A stretch of 64,000 bases of DNA from Dialister sp. UBA734 (GCA_002297935.1 DBLC01000097.1:13156-77155); one strand, 5' to 3'. Counted from the stretch's first letter, positions 46,585 to 54,894 are shown. The notes: generated from the letters alone by a model not told the origin. Numbers and translations: made by a program.

Positions 46585-47385
46585 TTATTCAGATGCTCTA
46601 CGATGGATAAATTCTTTTCTTGGCGCTCTAGCTTCCACGTCTTCGTCATAAGCCTGACGGAAATACACGTGTCCCCGTTTTCTATAGTTGTATACTGTTT
46701 CGAGAGAATCTAAAGCATCCAATGTATCTGCAACAGGACCCATGGCAGCTCTTCCGTACTTGGTGAATTGTTCATACATCACGTTCCGGTCAACCTTTTT
46801 CGAGTCATATACCCATTGGAGTACCTTCATTACGTTGTCCCAACTTCCGCTAACTAACCGCTTGTAAGGGGTATACTGGTTCATGTATCCCAATACATCG
46901 TCCCAATCCCAGCGGCCCATTTCAAAGTCACCTTCCTGCACGACTTTTGTATTGACGTAGGACAAGTTTCCAGAGCAAACCGAAATAATAATGCGGGTCG
47001 GAATTCCATGTGCATATTTATCGATAGCCTTTTTCAATGTTTGGTAATTTTCATCGCCCCGTTCTGCAAAGCTTTTAATGTAATCCAGCATAGTCCAGCG
47101 TTCCTGGTTGATGTTCATGCTAATGCATTCATCGATGCCAGCACCAGGGACAACAATGTAGTCCACGGGAAGCTGCAGTGTCTTCAATGCTTCCAGACGG
47201 CCCTGACCATCAATCACTTCCATGTGCTCGTTGACGATAATAGGATTAGTGATGTATCCTACTCTGTTAATGCTGGCGATAATCTTATTCACTCGGCTTT
47301 GTGCTACAATACGATTCCCTTTCAAAATCTGGAATTTCAGATAATCATTTGTCTGTCTCACTAAAGTTGTCTTTGCATTGTTCAT
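46585..47385 (-). CDS. ParB/Srx-fold (ParB-like nuclease domain) protein
   Basis: 266 aa from ATG 47385 (SD ggagga). NPIIVNEHMEVIDGQGRLEAL matches the ParB N-terminal domain DGxxR block. Confidence 0.6.
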   Translation of the reverse strand: MNNAKTTLVRQTNDYLKFQILKGNRIVAQSRVNKIIASINRVGYITNPIIVNEHMEVIDGQGRLEALKTLQLPVDYIVVPGAGIDECISMNINQERWTMLDYIKSFAERGDENYQTLKKAIDKYAHGIPTRIIISVCSGNLSYVNTKVVQEGDFEMGRWDWDDVLGYMNQYTPYKRLVSGSWDNVMKVLQWVYDSKKVDRNVMYEQFTKYGRAAMGPVADTLDALDSLETVYNYRKRGHVYFRQAYDEDVEARAPRKEFIHRRASE

Positions 47386-47484
47386 TTGTTTTATCCTCCT
47401 AATTTGATATAATTGGAGTAGAAGGACTGTCAATCTTTCTACCCTTTGCCGCTGAGTACTGGTAATGCTTAGCGGCTTTTTAAT

Positions 47485-47673
47485 TTACAGCATTCCGTCT
47501 TTAAAATCACGGATCGTTTTCATGACATCATCCAGTGCATCGCAATAACCGTCATAGTAAGGTTCACTATACTGGCCACCTTCCTGAGCGGCGTTCATGT
47601 GCTTCTGGAAATATTCTTCATGCCTTTCATTCAAAAGCTTCAAAATTTTGGAGAGTTTTTCTTTCTTGTCCAT
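47485..47673 (-). CDS. Hypothetical early protein
   Basis: 62 aa from ATG 47673 (SD ggaggt). Confidence 0.45.
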   Translation of the reverse strand: MDKKEKLSKILKLLNERHEEYFQKHMNAAQEGGQYSEPYYDGYCDALDDVMKTIRDFKDGML

Positions 47674-47763
47674 TGATACCTCCGGATATATACCCACATC
47701 TTGACCCATTCCTCTATGCCAGCACGTCTTTCCCCGGCATGGAGTTTTTTATTGGAAGGCACT

Positions 47764-47955
47764 TTACTTGCCAGATGGGTGATCATCCACCGGGCTTCGT
47801 GCCATTCGTTGACTTTTCTTTTCAAGGTAATTCTCCATTTCTTGCAAGGCATAGGCCGCACCGGCGTACCACCAGAAGTCTTTCACTCTTCCTTGTCGGT
47901 CGGCCTCTCCTGCTAACAGCAGATATTCCCGCATTTTGAGTTTTACATAGTTCAT
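47764..47955 (-). CDS. Hypothetical early protein
   Basis: 63 aa. ATGA overlap with the LysM gene stop. Confidence 0.45.
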   Translation of the reverse strand: MNYVKLKMREYLLLAGEADRQGRVKDFWWYAGAAYALQEMENYLEKKSQRMARSPVDDHPSGK

Positions 47956-48200
47956 TTTCTTACCTCTAAGATGTCCCCTGGTTGCAGGGTGGTTCCGTCT
48001 GTGATACCGTTATCCCGTTTGATACGTGATACGGTGTTTCGGATATCTTCCCCAGGTGGGGTTTCTCTTTTCGCAATGTCCCAGATGGTGTCTCCGTACT
48101 GGACTTTGACTTTGGTGATCGTTTCTATACGCTGTGCATCAGTGACGTAGAGGCCCGAAGCAAAAATCAAAAGTGCGATCAGTGCAAGGATCTTTTTCAT
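47952..48200 (-). CDS. Membrane-anchored LysM protein (YneA-like architecture)
   Basis: 82 aa from ATG 48200 (SD aggaggg). N-terminal TM KKILALIALLIFASGLYV, then LysM VKVQYGDTIWDIAKRE...NGITDGTTLQPGDILEV. Confidence 0.7.
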   Translation of the reverse strand: MKKILALIALLIFASGLYVTDAQRIETITKVKVQYGDTIWDIAKRETPPGEDIRNTVSRIKRDNGITDGTTLQPGDILEVRK

Positions 48201-48210
48201 GGCTGCCCTC

Positions 48211-48444
48211 CTATTTAAAAAATGTTTTCCAGATAGCGTCTCCAATCAGCCAGCCAGTTACAAAGCCGTAAATCATGACGGCTATGGTCTCTACTACGAT
48301 GATATCTACCAGCTTTTTCAGCAGGCGGCGCTGTCTCAGCAGTTGTCGTTCGTTGTCCCTGGCGTGGATTTCTACGGCATGGAGCCGTTCATACATGGTC
48401 CCCAGTCCCAGGGCTCTTAATTCATCGTCTGTCAAAATGGGCAC
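48211..48444 (-). CDS. Hypothetical protein with C-terminal TM
   Basis: 77 aa. C-terminus IIVVETIAVMIYGFVTGWLIG. Confidence 0.45.
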   Translation of the reverse strand: MPILTDDELRALGLGTMYERLHAVEIHARDNERQLLRQRRLLKKLVDIIVVETIAVMIYGFVTGWLIGDAIWKTFFK

Positions 48445-48692
48445 CTCTTATCTACATCCAGCGGTACACTATCGGAGCTGGCGTATTTCTGCATATACAT
48501 CATGGTACTTTCCAGGATGTGAACCGCTTCACCAATATCGATATGCTCTGTCTGGAAAGCGATAATGATATTTCTCATCAGGTTGCATTTCCTCAAACGG
48601 CGGGCCTCGAGTTCCATTTCCCAGCGGCTATCGTCGTTTTGCATTTCTTGCACCTTCTTTTCAAAGGTTTCATTGATTTTTGTCTTTTTCAT
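48432..48692 (-). CDS. Hypothetical early protein
   Basis: 86 aa. Confidence 0.45.
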   Translation of the reverse strand: MKKTKINETFEKKVQEMQNDDSRWEMELEARRLRKCNLMRNIIIAFQTEHIDIGEAVHILESTMMYMQKYASSDSVPLDVDKRCPF

Positions 48693-48710
48693 TTTGTCTC
48701 CTTGCCGGTC

Positions 48711-48980
48711 CTACATCCTAAGATCAGGGATTTGTCTCAGCACATCCCACAGGGCCGTCGGTGCGCTATCCATAGTGATGTTGGCGTATTTATCCCCGTG
48801 CGGGAAATGGGCAACGATGATTCTTTCTCCTCTGTCTGTTTCAACTTCCTCAAACTCTTTGACGTCACATCCAGCGGCCGACAAAGCACGCTGCAGATGG
48901 AAGAAGGCGACTTCGCGTTTACTCTTTTCCACCTCTTCGATATTCTTCATTCTTGTGTTCTTTTCTTTCACTTGATTCAC
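48711..48980 (-). CDS. Hypothetical early protein
   Basis: 89 aa. Confidence 0.45.
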   Translation of the reverse strand: MNQVKEKNTRMKNIEEVEKSKREVAFFHLQRALSAAGCDVKEFEEVETDRGERIIVAHFPHGDKYANITMDSAPTALWDVLRQIPDLRM

Positions 48981-48988
48981 CTTTCTCT

Positions 48989-49276
48989 CTATTCACCGGA
49001 AACATTTCTTTTCGGCTTCTTCTTAGGAAGCTGGCTTCGGATGAACTCCAAAAGGTCCACCCCTTCTTCGATGGCTTGATTGACAAGCTGATTGAAATCC
49101 GACGCTCTCACCTTTCTGGTCCGGCCCCATTTCAAAGTGGGGATAAGCCCGGAGCGAAGAAGATCACCGGCTTCTACTTCTCCCATGTCCCCTGCTTCCA
49201 TGATTTCTTTTCTTCCCAGTAAGGGATCAACTAGTACGTACCTCACTGGTGTGTCTGGTGGTGCTTTGTTTGACAT
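48989..49276 (-). CDS. Putative excisionase / DNA-binding protein
   Basis: 95 aa. EAGDLLRSGLIPTLKWGRTRKVRASDFNQLV resembles excisionase-family winged HTH (weak). Confidence 0.35.
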   Translation of the reverse strand: MSNKAPPDTPVRYVLVDPLLGRKEIMEAGDMGEVEAGDLLRSGLIPTLKWGRTRKVRASDFNQLVNQAIEEGVDLLEFIRSQLPKKKPKRNVSGE

Positions 49277-49303
49277 CGGCTCGTCTCCTTTCTTTTTCCT
49301 CTC

Positions 49304-49312
49304 TGCTATAAT
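49304..49312 (+). promoter_or_regulatory. Extended -10 promoter TGCTATAAT for the plus-strand moron
   Basis: Perfect TGnTATAAT about 25 nt upstream of SD ggaaggaggtga and ATG 49339. Confidence 0.5.
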
Positions 49313-49338
49313 GGGTAAGCAGGAAGGAGGTGATACTT

Positions 49339-49530
49339 ATGAATGACTTGGAAATGAAAGCTCACTTTATCGCTTTGGAATGGATGAAAGATGAAATGTC
49401 TAGGCCTGCTACAATTCCAAATACCCCTGAGACGTATGCTCGTACTTATGAAAATGCATATGAACGCATACTCAAGGTGTTGTCCCATCCTAGCAATACA
49501 TCGGATCATCCTTATCCAATTCATCGATAA
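49339..49530 (+). CDS. Small plus-strand gene embedded in the minus-strand early region (moron-like)
   Basis: 63 aa MNDLEMKAHFIALEWMKDEM... Excellent SD and its own promoter. 3' end overlaps the convergent gene 49490-49681 by 41 nt. Confidence 0.55.
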   Translation: MNDLEMKAHFIALEWMKDEMSRPATIPNTPETYARTYENAYERILKVLSHPSNTSDHPYPIHR

Positions 49531-49681
49531 TTTCTTTTTTCATTGGCATATATCCAGCAAGATTTATTGCAGTGCCTAATACTGCCTTGGTTTGATCCAC
49601 GGTGAAGCCTTTATCTGCTAGCATCAGAAGGAGACTTCTTACCGTGGATTCTTTTTGTTCCTGAAATTCATCAAATGTCAT
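49490..49681 (-). CDS. Hypothetical early protein
   Basis: 63 aa from ATG 49681 (SD gaaggtgag). The upstream part of the ORF-track frame lacks an SD. Confidence 0.45.
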   Translation of the reverse strand: MTFDEFQEQKESTVRSLLLMLADKGFTVDQTKAVLGTAINLAGYMPMKKEIIDELDKDDPMYC

Positions 49682-49780
49682 GTATCTCACCTTCTCTCTT
49701 CTATAGGACTCTGATAATTTAATGGTCTTCACCTTACTTGAATATAATTCTGCATTCATGGCATAAAAAATAGCGGTATA

Positions 49781-49969
49781 TTAATCGTATTTAATTTCGG
49801 AGAGTTTAATATCGAAGTGTTCGCACAACATTGCTACTTTACCAATCGGAACCTTGGCGAGATTATTTTCCCAAGAACAGTAGGTTTGATAGGAAATACC
49901 TAATATTTTAGCAACATCTCGCTGACTTTCTCCCGTTCTAGCTCGAAGTTCTTTTGGTGTAAACTGCAT
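49781..49969 (-). CDS. Cro-like XRE-family HTH regulator
   Basis: 62 aa from ATG 49969 (SD ggaggtg). ESQRDVAKILGISYQTYCSWENN is an XRE HTH. Divergent from the repressor. Confidence 0.75.
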   Translation of the reverse strand: MQFTPKELRARTGESQRDVAKILGISYQTYCSWENNLAKVPIGKVAMLCEHFDIKLSEIKYD

Positions 49970-50121
49970 GATTTCTTCACCTCCCTCACTATTCATTTTC
50001 TATATGTTACATGAACTATATTCAAGTGTCAAGAATTATTTGAATTAAATTCGTGATATCTTGAATATTGTTCAAATATATGATAATATGCTATCAGGTA
50101 ATTAGAAGAGAGGTGACTTTC
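49970..50121. promoter_or_regulatory. Lysis-lysogeny switch region: divergent promoters and TTGAA/TTCAA operator-like repeats
   Basis: TTCAAGTGTCAAGAA (50021-35), TTGAATTAAATTCG (50040-53), TTGAATATTGTTCAA (50061-75). Plus-strand promoter TTGAAT-17-TAATAT (50061-89). Minus-strand TTGACA (50032-27). Confidence 0.45.
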
Positions 50122-50490
50122 ATGCTTGGTGCTAATCTAAAATATTTGCGATTAAAATTCGGTTATTCTCAAGCATATATTGCGCAATATTTGAATAAGA
50201 AATCATTTACAACTGTACAGAAATGGGAATCTGGTGCTGCCGATCCCCCGCTAGGTGTTGTGGGGAAGTTGGCTGAACTATACAAGGTTTCTATTGATGA
50301 TTTATATTACTCTGATTTGTTGCATCCCAAAGTGATTTCTTCTGATATAGTTCTATCCGATTCCGAAAAGGAAATGATAAAAAAATACCGGCAGCTTCCC
50401 CCTGCTGGAAAAGCTGCCGTCGACGCGGTCCTTGATTCTCAGTATGAATTTGTTAAACCTAAGTTATCAGAAAAGATAGAAATATCATAG
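50122..50490 (+). CDS. CI-like XRE-family repressor
   Basis: 122 aa from ATG 50122 (SD gagaggtga). HTH YSQAYIAQYLNKKSFTTVQKWESG. The ORF-track start 50068 is TTG inside the operator region. Confidence 0.75.
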   Translation: MLGANLKYLRLKFGYSQAYIAQYLNKKSFTTVQKWESGAADPPLGVVGKLAELYKVSIDDLYYSDLLHPKVISSDIVLSDSEKEMIKKYRQLPPAGKAAVDAVLDSQYEFVKPKLSEKIEIS

Positions 50491-50513
50491 AGGTTCGGTT
50501 TAGGTGATTACAT

Positions 50514-50948
50514 ATGGATGAAACAGAATATATAGAAAAACGTCTGCAGAATCAAATCAGTTGGTACAGCCAGCAAAGCAAAAAGTGTCAACGTATGTAT
50601 AAAGGGTTAAAAGGCATTAGCTATGCAATGGCCTTGCTCATAGTTCCACTAAGTTACTGGTCGGATGCGGTATGGTGGTTCAAATATGCTAGTGTAGCTG
50701 CTGGTATACTTATTGCTATCTTTGATTTTTCACAGAGCATGAACAAATATCATGAGAATTGGATTCAGTATCGAACAACTGCAGAGCTTCTAAAACACGA
50801 AAAATTCTTGTATCTCACCCATTCAGGCGGATACAAGAATTCTTCTATAGCATTTCAAGATTTAGTTGAACGTTGTGAGAGTATTATTTCTAGTGAAAAC
50901 GTGGATTGGGCACAGCTACACAAAAGCTGTCCTGCTAAAAAGCTTTAA
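50514..50948 (+). CDS. DUF4231 / SLATT-like two-TM protein
   Basis: 144 aa, 23 nt after the repressor stop (SD aggtga). RLQNQISWYSQQSKKCQRMY, two TM helices, then YHENWIQYRTTAELLKHEKFLY. This is the pattern I associate with DUF4231/SLATT. Confidence 0.65.
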   Translation: MDETEYIEKRLQNQISWYSQQSKKCQRMYKGLKGISYAMALLIVPLSYWSDAVWWFKYASVAAGILIAIFDFSQSMNKYHENWIQYRTTAELLKHEKFLYLTHSGGYKNSSIAFQDLVERCESIISSENVDWAQLHKSCPAKKL

Positions 50949-51130
50949 TCTTCTACTGGCTCGTATGTCTTTTCAAAGATGTCCGGTTTACACGGATACT
51001 GTTCTCCCCTGAGACCTGTAATAATCCAGTCTCCCGGTGCGGCACGAAGTGGTCCTTCTAGTGTGGGTATAATTTTCTCTTTGTCTGTTTGATAGGCTTC
51101 TATAACAATAGGGCGTTTTCTGAATTTCAT
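50945..51130 (-). CDS. PGDYG-like small protein (antisense between the SLATT-like and TIR-like genes)
   Basis: 61 aa, SD ggaggt 6 nt upstream. KRPIVIEAYQ...AAPGDWIITGLRGEQYPCKPDIFEKTYE. Its stop overlaps the SLATT gene stop in the palindrome TTAA. Confidence 0.6.
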   Translation of the reverse strand: MKFRKRPIVIEAYQTDKEKIIPTLEGPLRAAPGDWIITGLRGEQYPCKPDIFEKTYEPVED

Positions 51131-51159
51131 GATGTACCTCCATAAAGAAAGAAAAAACT

Positions 51160-51591
51160 ATGTGGAACCAAATAATGAATCAATTACAAATTAAAAATAT
51201 TCATATCTTCATAAGTCATTCCTGGGGTTATGATGATCATTACAATAAAGTCAAAGAATGGATTTCATCTGCCGGTTGGAATATCAGTGATTATAGTATT
51301 CCTCGTAGTAATCCATTGGATACAAAGACAAATGCTCAGTTAAGAGATGGCATTATTGAACATATCCGCCATGCTTCCATTGTTATTATATGCGCTGGTA
51401 TGTATGATTCTTATAGTAACTGGATTCAATTTGAAATCGACACTGCCTTAGCAATGAACAAACCTGTCATTGCAGTAAAGCCATGGGGAAATGTACGTAT
51501 CCCAGCAGCTATTCAAAATAACTCCGATAAAATTCTGGTTGTTAACTGGCAGAAAGATAGTGTCATTTTCGGAATACGTTCATTACTATAA
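51160..51591 (+). CDS. TIR-like domain protein (DUF1863 / ThsB-like)
   Basis: 143 aa. IHIFISHSWGYDDHY...ASIVIICAGMYDSYSNWIQFEIDTALAMNKPVIAV follows the TIR-like (MTH538-type) pattern. Start is only 29 nt from the divergent PGDYG start. Confidence 0.6.
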   Translation: MWNQIMNQLQIKNIHIFISHSWGYDDHYNKVKEWISSAGWNISDYSIPRSNPLDTKTNAQLRDGIIEHIRHASIVIICAGMYDSYSNWIQFEIDTALAMNKPVIAVKPWGNVRIPAAIQNNSDKILVVNWQKDSVIFGIRSLL

Positions 51592-51777
51592 TTATATCAT
51601 CATTTGTCTATGTATTTAAAAAGCCGTACCCATACGCCAATATGGATACGGCTGGTGCTGAAAAGTATTCCAGTACTCTTTCAGCGGTTGTAAATTCCTT
51701 CAAACGTTATCACTGTATGGAGGTTTACTGTTTTATTATAGCAGAAAGAATCCTCCATTTCCATGAAAGGAGATTCT

Positions 51778-52872
51778 ATGTTACGTAAAAGAGGTAAGAA
51801 ATGGTACTACTCTATTGAAACGGAGGATGAGTACGGACGCCGGCAGCGAGTGGAGCGTGTCGGCACGGAGAGTTATGCTGAGACTAAGAAGATGGAAAAG
51901 CAGGCGCAGGCAGAGTATGACAAGAAGCTCCGTATCACCGCGGGGCGGAATGTCACGTTTGAAAAGCTCTTGGACGAATGGAAGGAATCGCTTCCCTATA
52001 CGGGGCTCAAACCGAATACGGTGAAGCGGTACACCACCATCATCGAAAAGCACCTGAAGCCCACCTTGGGCCATCTGCCTTTGAAGCAAATCACGCCCCG
52101 TATGCTGCAGCATTTCCTGAACCAGCAGAAACTCGGGTACTCTTCCCTCAACTCCATGTGTACTGTCATGAAGAAAAGCTTCCGTTATGCGGTGGTGATG
52201 TGCGAGTACCTGGAAACGTCACCGGCTATCTATGTCCGCCCGCCGAAAGAAATCAAAGAAGTCACGGAAGAGGAACCGTTCTCCAGGGACGATCTGGATA
52301 AAATCTTTGAGCGCTTTGCGGACAATGATTTCATCACCGCCATCTACCTGGCTTACTATGCCGGGCTGCGCATCGGCGAGTGTTGCAGCTTGACCTGGCG
52401 AGACGTGGACTTGAAAAGTAATGAACTTCACATTCATACCACCTTGGTGAATAGTGACGGCTGGATGATACAGCCCATTCCAAAGAGCCGCCGGTCCATC
52501 CGCTCGGTGCAGATTTCCACGAAACTCCATGACCACCTGGAGACAGCCCGTTTCCTCATGAATAAGAACCGTTTCAAGTACGGCCCCTACTATGAAGAAT
52601 CTGGTTTCGTTGTCCGTCACGATAACGGCTCCGGGATCACTCCTGACAACATCCGGTATTTCAACCGGTGGTGCAAAGAGACACTCGGCCATGGTTCCTT
52701 CCACACCCTGCGCCACACCTATGCTACCAACCTGCTGGAAGGCGGCGCTGATATCGAACTGGTGAGTAAACAGCTTGGCCACGCGTCTATTTCCGTCACG
52801 GCACAGGTCTACAGCCACGTGCTGGACCGCCGGAAAACCAAGCTGATTTCCATCATTGATGAAGCCTTGTAA
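51778..52872 (+). CDS. int: Tyrosine integrase
   Basis: 364 aa from ATG 51778 (SD aaaggag). Catalytic pattern [29 protein letters not shown]. Next to attR. Confidence 0.9.
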   Translation: MLRKRGKKWYYSIETEDEYGRRQRVERVGTESYAETKKMEKQAQAEYDKKLRITAGRNVTFEKLLDEWKESLPYTGLKPNTVKRYTTIIEKHLKPTLGHLPLKQITPRMLQHFLNQQKLGYSSLNSMCTVMKKSFRYAVVMCEYLETSPAIYVRPPKEIKEVTEEEPFSRDDLDKIFERFADNDFITAIYLAYYAGLRIGECCSLTWRDVDLKSNELHIHTTLVNSDGWMIQPIPKSRRSIRSVQISTKLHDHLETARFLMNKNRFKYGPYYEESGFVVRHDNGSGITPDNIRYFNRWCKETLGHGSFHTLRHTYATNLLEGGADIELVSKQLGHASISVTAQVYSHVLDRRKTKLISIIDEAL

Positions 52873-52928
52873 AATTGACCGATGTGATATGATAAGAGAA
52901 AAGGCTTTGCCTCACTTTGCCTCTCGAC

Positions 52929-52948
52929 GGTGGCAAAAATGGTGGCAA
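52929..52948. promoter_or_regulatory. Arm-type repeats GGTGGCAA x2 (right end)
   Basis: GGTGGCAA at 52929-36 and 52941-48, 40 bp inside attR. Same doublet as 12083-12102. Confidence 0.55.
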
Positions 52949-52989
52949 AATGGCAGTTTGATTCGATAAATACTGACTTTTTTGAAGAC

Positions 52990-53010
52990 CATTAAATTAT
53001 CGGAACTTAT
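52990..53010. repeat. attR core (CATTAAATTATCGGAACTTAT)
   Basis: Perfect copy of 11934-11954. Confidence 0.8.
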
Positions 53011-53089
53011 ATTATTGGCTAAAATAAGCCAATTTCCTATGATTTATACCACATCCTCTTATTTCTCACAGTAAGGTGAACATCGATCC

Positions 53090-54073
53090 ATGGACAATCA
53101 TTTTTATATCAGAAATTTTATTACCAAAACGGGACAGCAAGAGGGTTTGTCTCAGAAGAGTATCTTATCTCTGGCAGAAACAAAATCGGAGAACACCATT
53201 GACGCCTATGAATCGGATTGGAATGATTTTTGCGATTGGTGTCGGTACCACAAGCAATCTTCTTTTCCTGCTTCTTCAGAAACTATTGTCAACTATATCA
53301 ATGACTTAGCTGATTTTGCGAAGGCTGCCACCATTCGGCGGCGTATCAGTGCCATTTCGGAAAATTACAATGCGGCAGGACAAATGGATACCAATCCTTG
53401 CAAGGCCTGGATTGTAAAAGAGGCTTTGATTGGGCTTACACGTCTCAAAGGCTCAGTGCAAAAGGGAAAAACTCCTATTTACTGGGAAGAGTTGGAGCAA
53501 ATGGTTTCTTATATGGATACTACCACTTTGAGTGGGCTGCGGGATAAAGCTTTGCTGCTATTGGGATTTATGGGTGCTTTTCGTCGCAGTGAAATCGTGG
53601 GACTTGACGTGGAAGATATCAAGCGATTTCCCCAGGGGATTGTCGTAACGATCAAGAAGTCAAAAACAGACCAAACGCAGCAGGGGCAACAGGTTGGCAT
53701 TCCCTATATACAGGAAAAAGACATGGACGCCATTCAGTCTTTGCAGGCTTGGACGCAGGCGGCAGATATTCATACCGGTCCCCTCTTCCGCAGCTTGCTG
53801 AAGAATGGCAAGGTATCATCTCGTCGGCTCAGTGATAAAAGTGTGAACCTATTGGTAAAGAAATATGTGGCACTGATTGGGCTTGACCCAGAGCTATATG
53901 GGGCCCATAGCCTTCGTCATGGGTTTGCTACTTACGCAGCCCTTCATGGCATAGAGGAACGTTTGATTATGAAACAGACCCGTCATCGTTCTGTGGAAAT
54001 GGTGCGCCGCTATATCAATGAGGCTGATTTGTTTACCAACAACCCGATTTCTATGATTTTTAATAATAAATAG
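53090..54073 (+). CDS. Cre-like tyrosine recombinase (outside the prophage)
   Basis: 327 aa. Layout parallels Cre: N-terminal TIDAYESDWNDFCDWC...FPASSETIVNYINDL, then AFRRSEI, HSLRHGFAT, HRSVEMVRRY (R..HxxR..H..Y). Confidence 0.8.
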   Translation: MDNHFYIRNFITKTGQQEGLSQKSILSLAETKSENTIDAYESDWNDFCDWCRYHKQSSFPASSETIVNYINDLADFAKAATIRRRISAISENYNAAGQMDTNPCKAWIVKEALIGLTRLKGSVQKGKTPIYWEELEQMVSYMDTTTLSGLRDKALLLLGFMGAFRRSEIVGLDVEDIKRFPQGIVVTIKKSKTDQTQQGQQVGIPYIQEKDMDAIQSLQAWTQAADIHTGPLFRSLLKNGKVSSRRLSDKSVNLLVKKYVALIGLDPELYGAHSLRHGFATYAALHGIEERLIMKQTRHRSVEMVRRYINEADLFTNNPISMIFNNK

Positions 54074-54176
54074 TGAACGGTCAATCATTTATATGCCAAA
54101 TACCTTCACAATATGGGTTTAAGGTTTACTTTCCGAGTCCATCATCCACAAAATGATAGGTCATGATAGTGTCGTT

Positions 54177-54222
54177 GGTTTAAGGTTTAAATGCAGAATT
54201 CTAACCCCTAAACCTTAAACCC
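54177..54222. repeat. ggtttaa-word hairpin
   Basis: GGTTTAAGGTTTAA...TTAAACCTTAAACC inverted repeat. A similar word run is at 54115-54129. Confidence 0.6.
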
Positions 54223-54282
54223 TAACCCCAAAAATAACTAAGTTTTCAAAAGACGAATGAGTGGCTAGCCACTAAACAGAAA

Positions 54283-54324
54283 TTGTTAGTTGTTTGTTAT
54301 CTGGATCCAAACAACCAACAACAA
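54283..54324. repeat. gttgtt-word hairpin (likely terminator of the LysM gene)
   Basis: gttagttGTTGTTTGttatctggatcCAAACAACcaacaac. Related to 61369-61432 and 4538-4578. Confidence 0.6.
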
Positions 54325-54331
54325 GCATTTA

Positions 54332-54598
54332 CTACTTATTTCCCACCACCGGCAATTTCAACGTCTGTCCTGGTGACAAGTAGCCGGAATCACTGATTTG
54401 ATTAAGTTTTTTGATTTGGTGAATATAGTCGCGAATATCCATAGACGCATCTACTTTTTGTGCTGCAATATCCCACAGGGTATCATTCTGCTTTACAACA
54501 ATGGTTTCGTATATTTCTTCTCCAGGAAGTAACGAGGCATTGACACCTAAGCCGCAACATAGTATAGTACATATGAGAAACGCAATGATTCTCTTCAT
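54332..54598 (-). CDS. yneA: YneA-like LysM membrane protein, divergent from lexA
   Basis: 88 aa from ATG 54598 (SD ggaggtg). TM IIAFLICTILCCGLGV, then LysM IVVKQNDTLWDIAAQ...GYLSPGQTLKLPV. Same arrangement as yneA-lexA in Bacillus. Confidence 0.65.
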   Translation of the reverse strand: MKRIIAFLICTILCCGLGVNASLLPGEEIYETIVVKQNDTLWDIAAQKVDASMDIRDYIHQIKKLNQISDSGYLSPGQTLKLPVVGNK

Positions 54599-54855
54599 TC
54601 GGAAACACCTCCAAGAGTTTGCAATGGTAAATATATTTCCAAAAGATTGGCCTTTCTTTTTGGATGCTAAGGGAATGTCAGGAACGTCGTTTCTTACTAT
54701 CATCATGGTAATCGATTTCTCCCATGGATACAAGCGAACGCGACGTTAGAATCTGCACATAATTCACTTTTATTTGCTAATCATCGCGATATAATTTGTT
54801 TACTGCTTTATAAATACTTTACAAGCAGAAAAATCATTGAGTAAGTATATTCTTT

Positions 54856-54894
54856 GAACTTTTGTTTGAACTTTATTTTTCTTCATAGTATAAT
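54856..54894 (+). promoter_or_regulatory. lexA promoter with candidate LexA (Cheo-like) box
   Basis: GAACTTTTGTTT (54856-67; one mismatch to GAAC-N4-GTTC) overlaps -35 TTGAAC (54866-71). -10 TATAAT is at 54889-94, 17-bp spacer. Confidence 0.4.

Larger units (their letters stand above)
11934..53010 (-). mobile_element. Integrated temperate prophage, about 41.1 kb, podovirus / BPP-1-like virion module
   Basis: Bounded by a perfect 21-bp direct repeat. Integrase at the right end, divergent CI/Cro-like switch, early (Rep, SSB, HNH, ParB-like), packaging, head, tail, DGR and lysis modules, all on the minus strand. Arm-type repeats inside both ends. Confidence 0.9.

Noticed and set aside
51601-51700. 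Hairpin AGCCGTAcCCATA...TATGGaTACGGCT between the TIR-like gene and int, as a terminator.
   Set aside because: The T-run follows it only on the minus strand, where no gene ends. Its function is unclear, so it is not listed as a feature.
54735-54749. CGAACGCGACGTTAG as a LexA box upstream of the yneA-like gene.
   Set aside because: The spacing is N5 rather than N4 and the right half-site is poor. It is kept only as a remote possibility.
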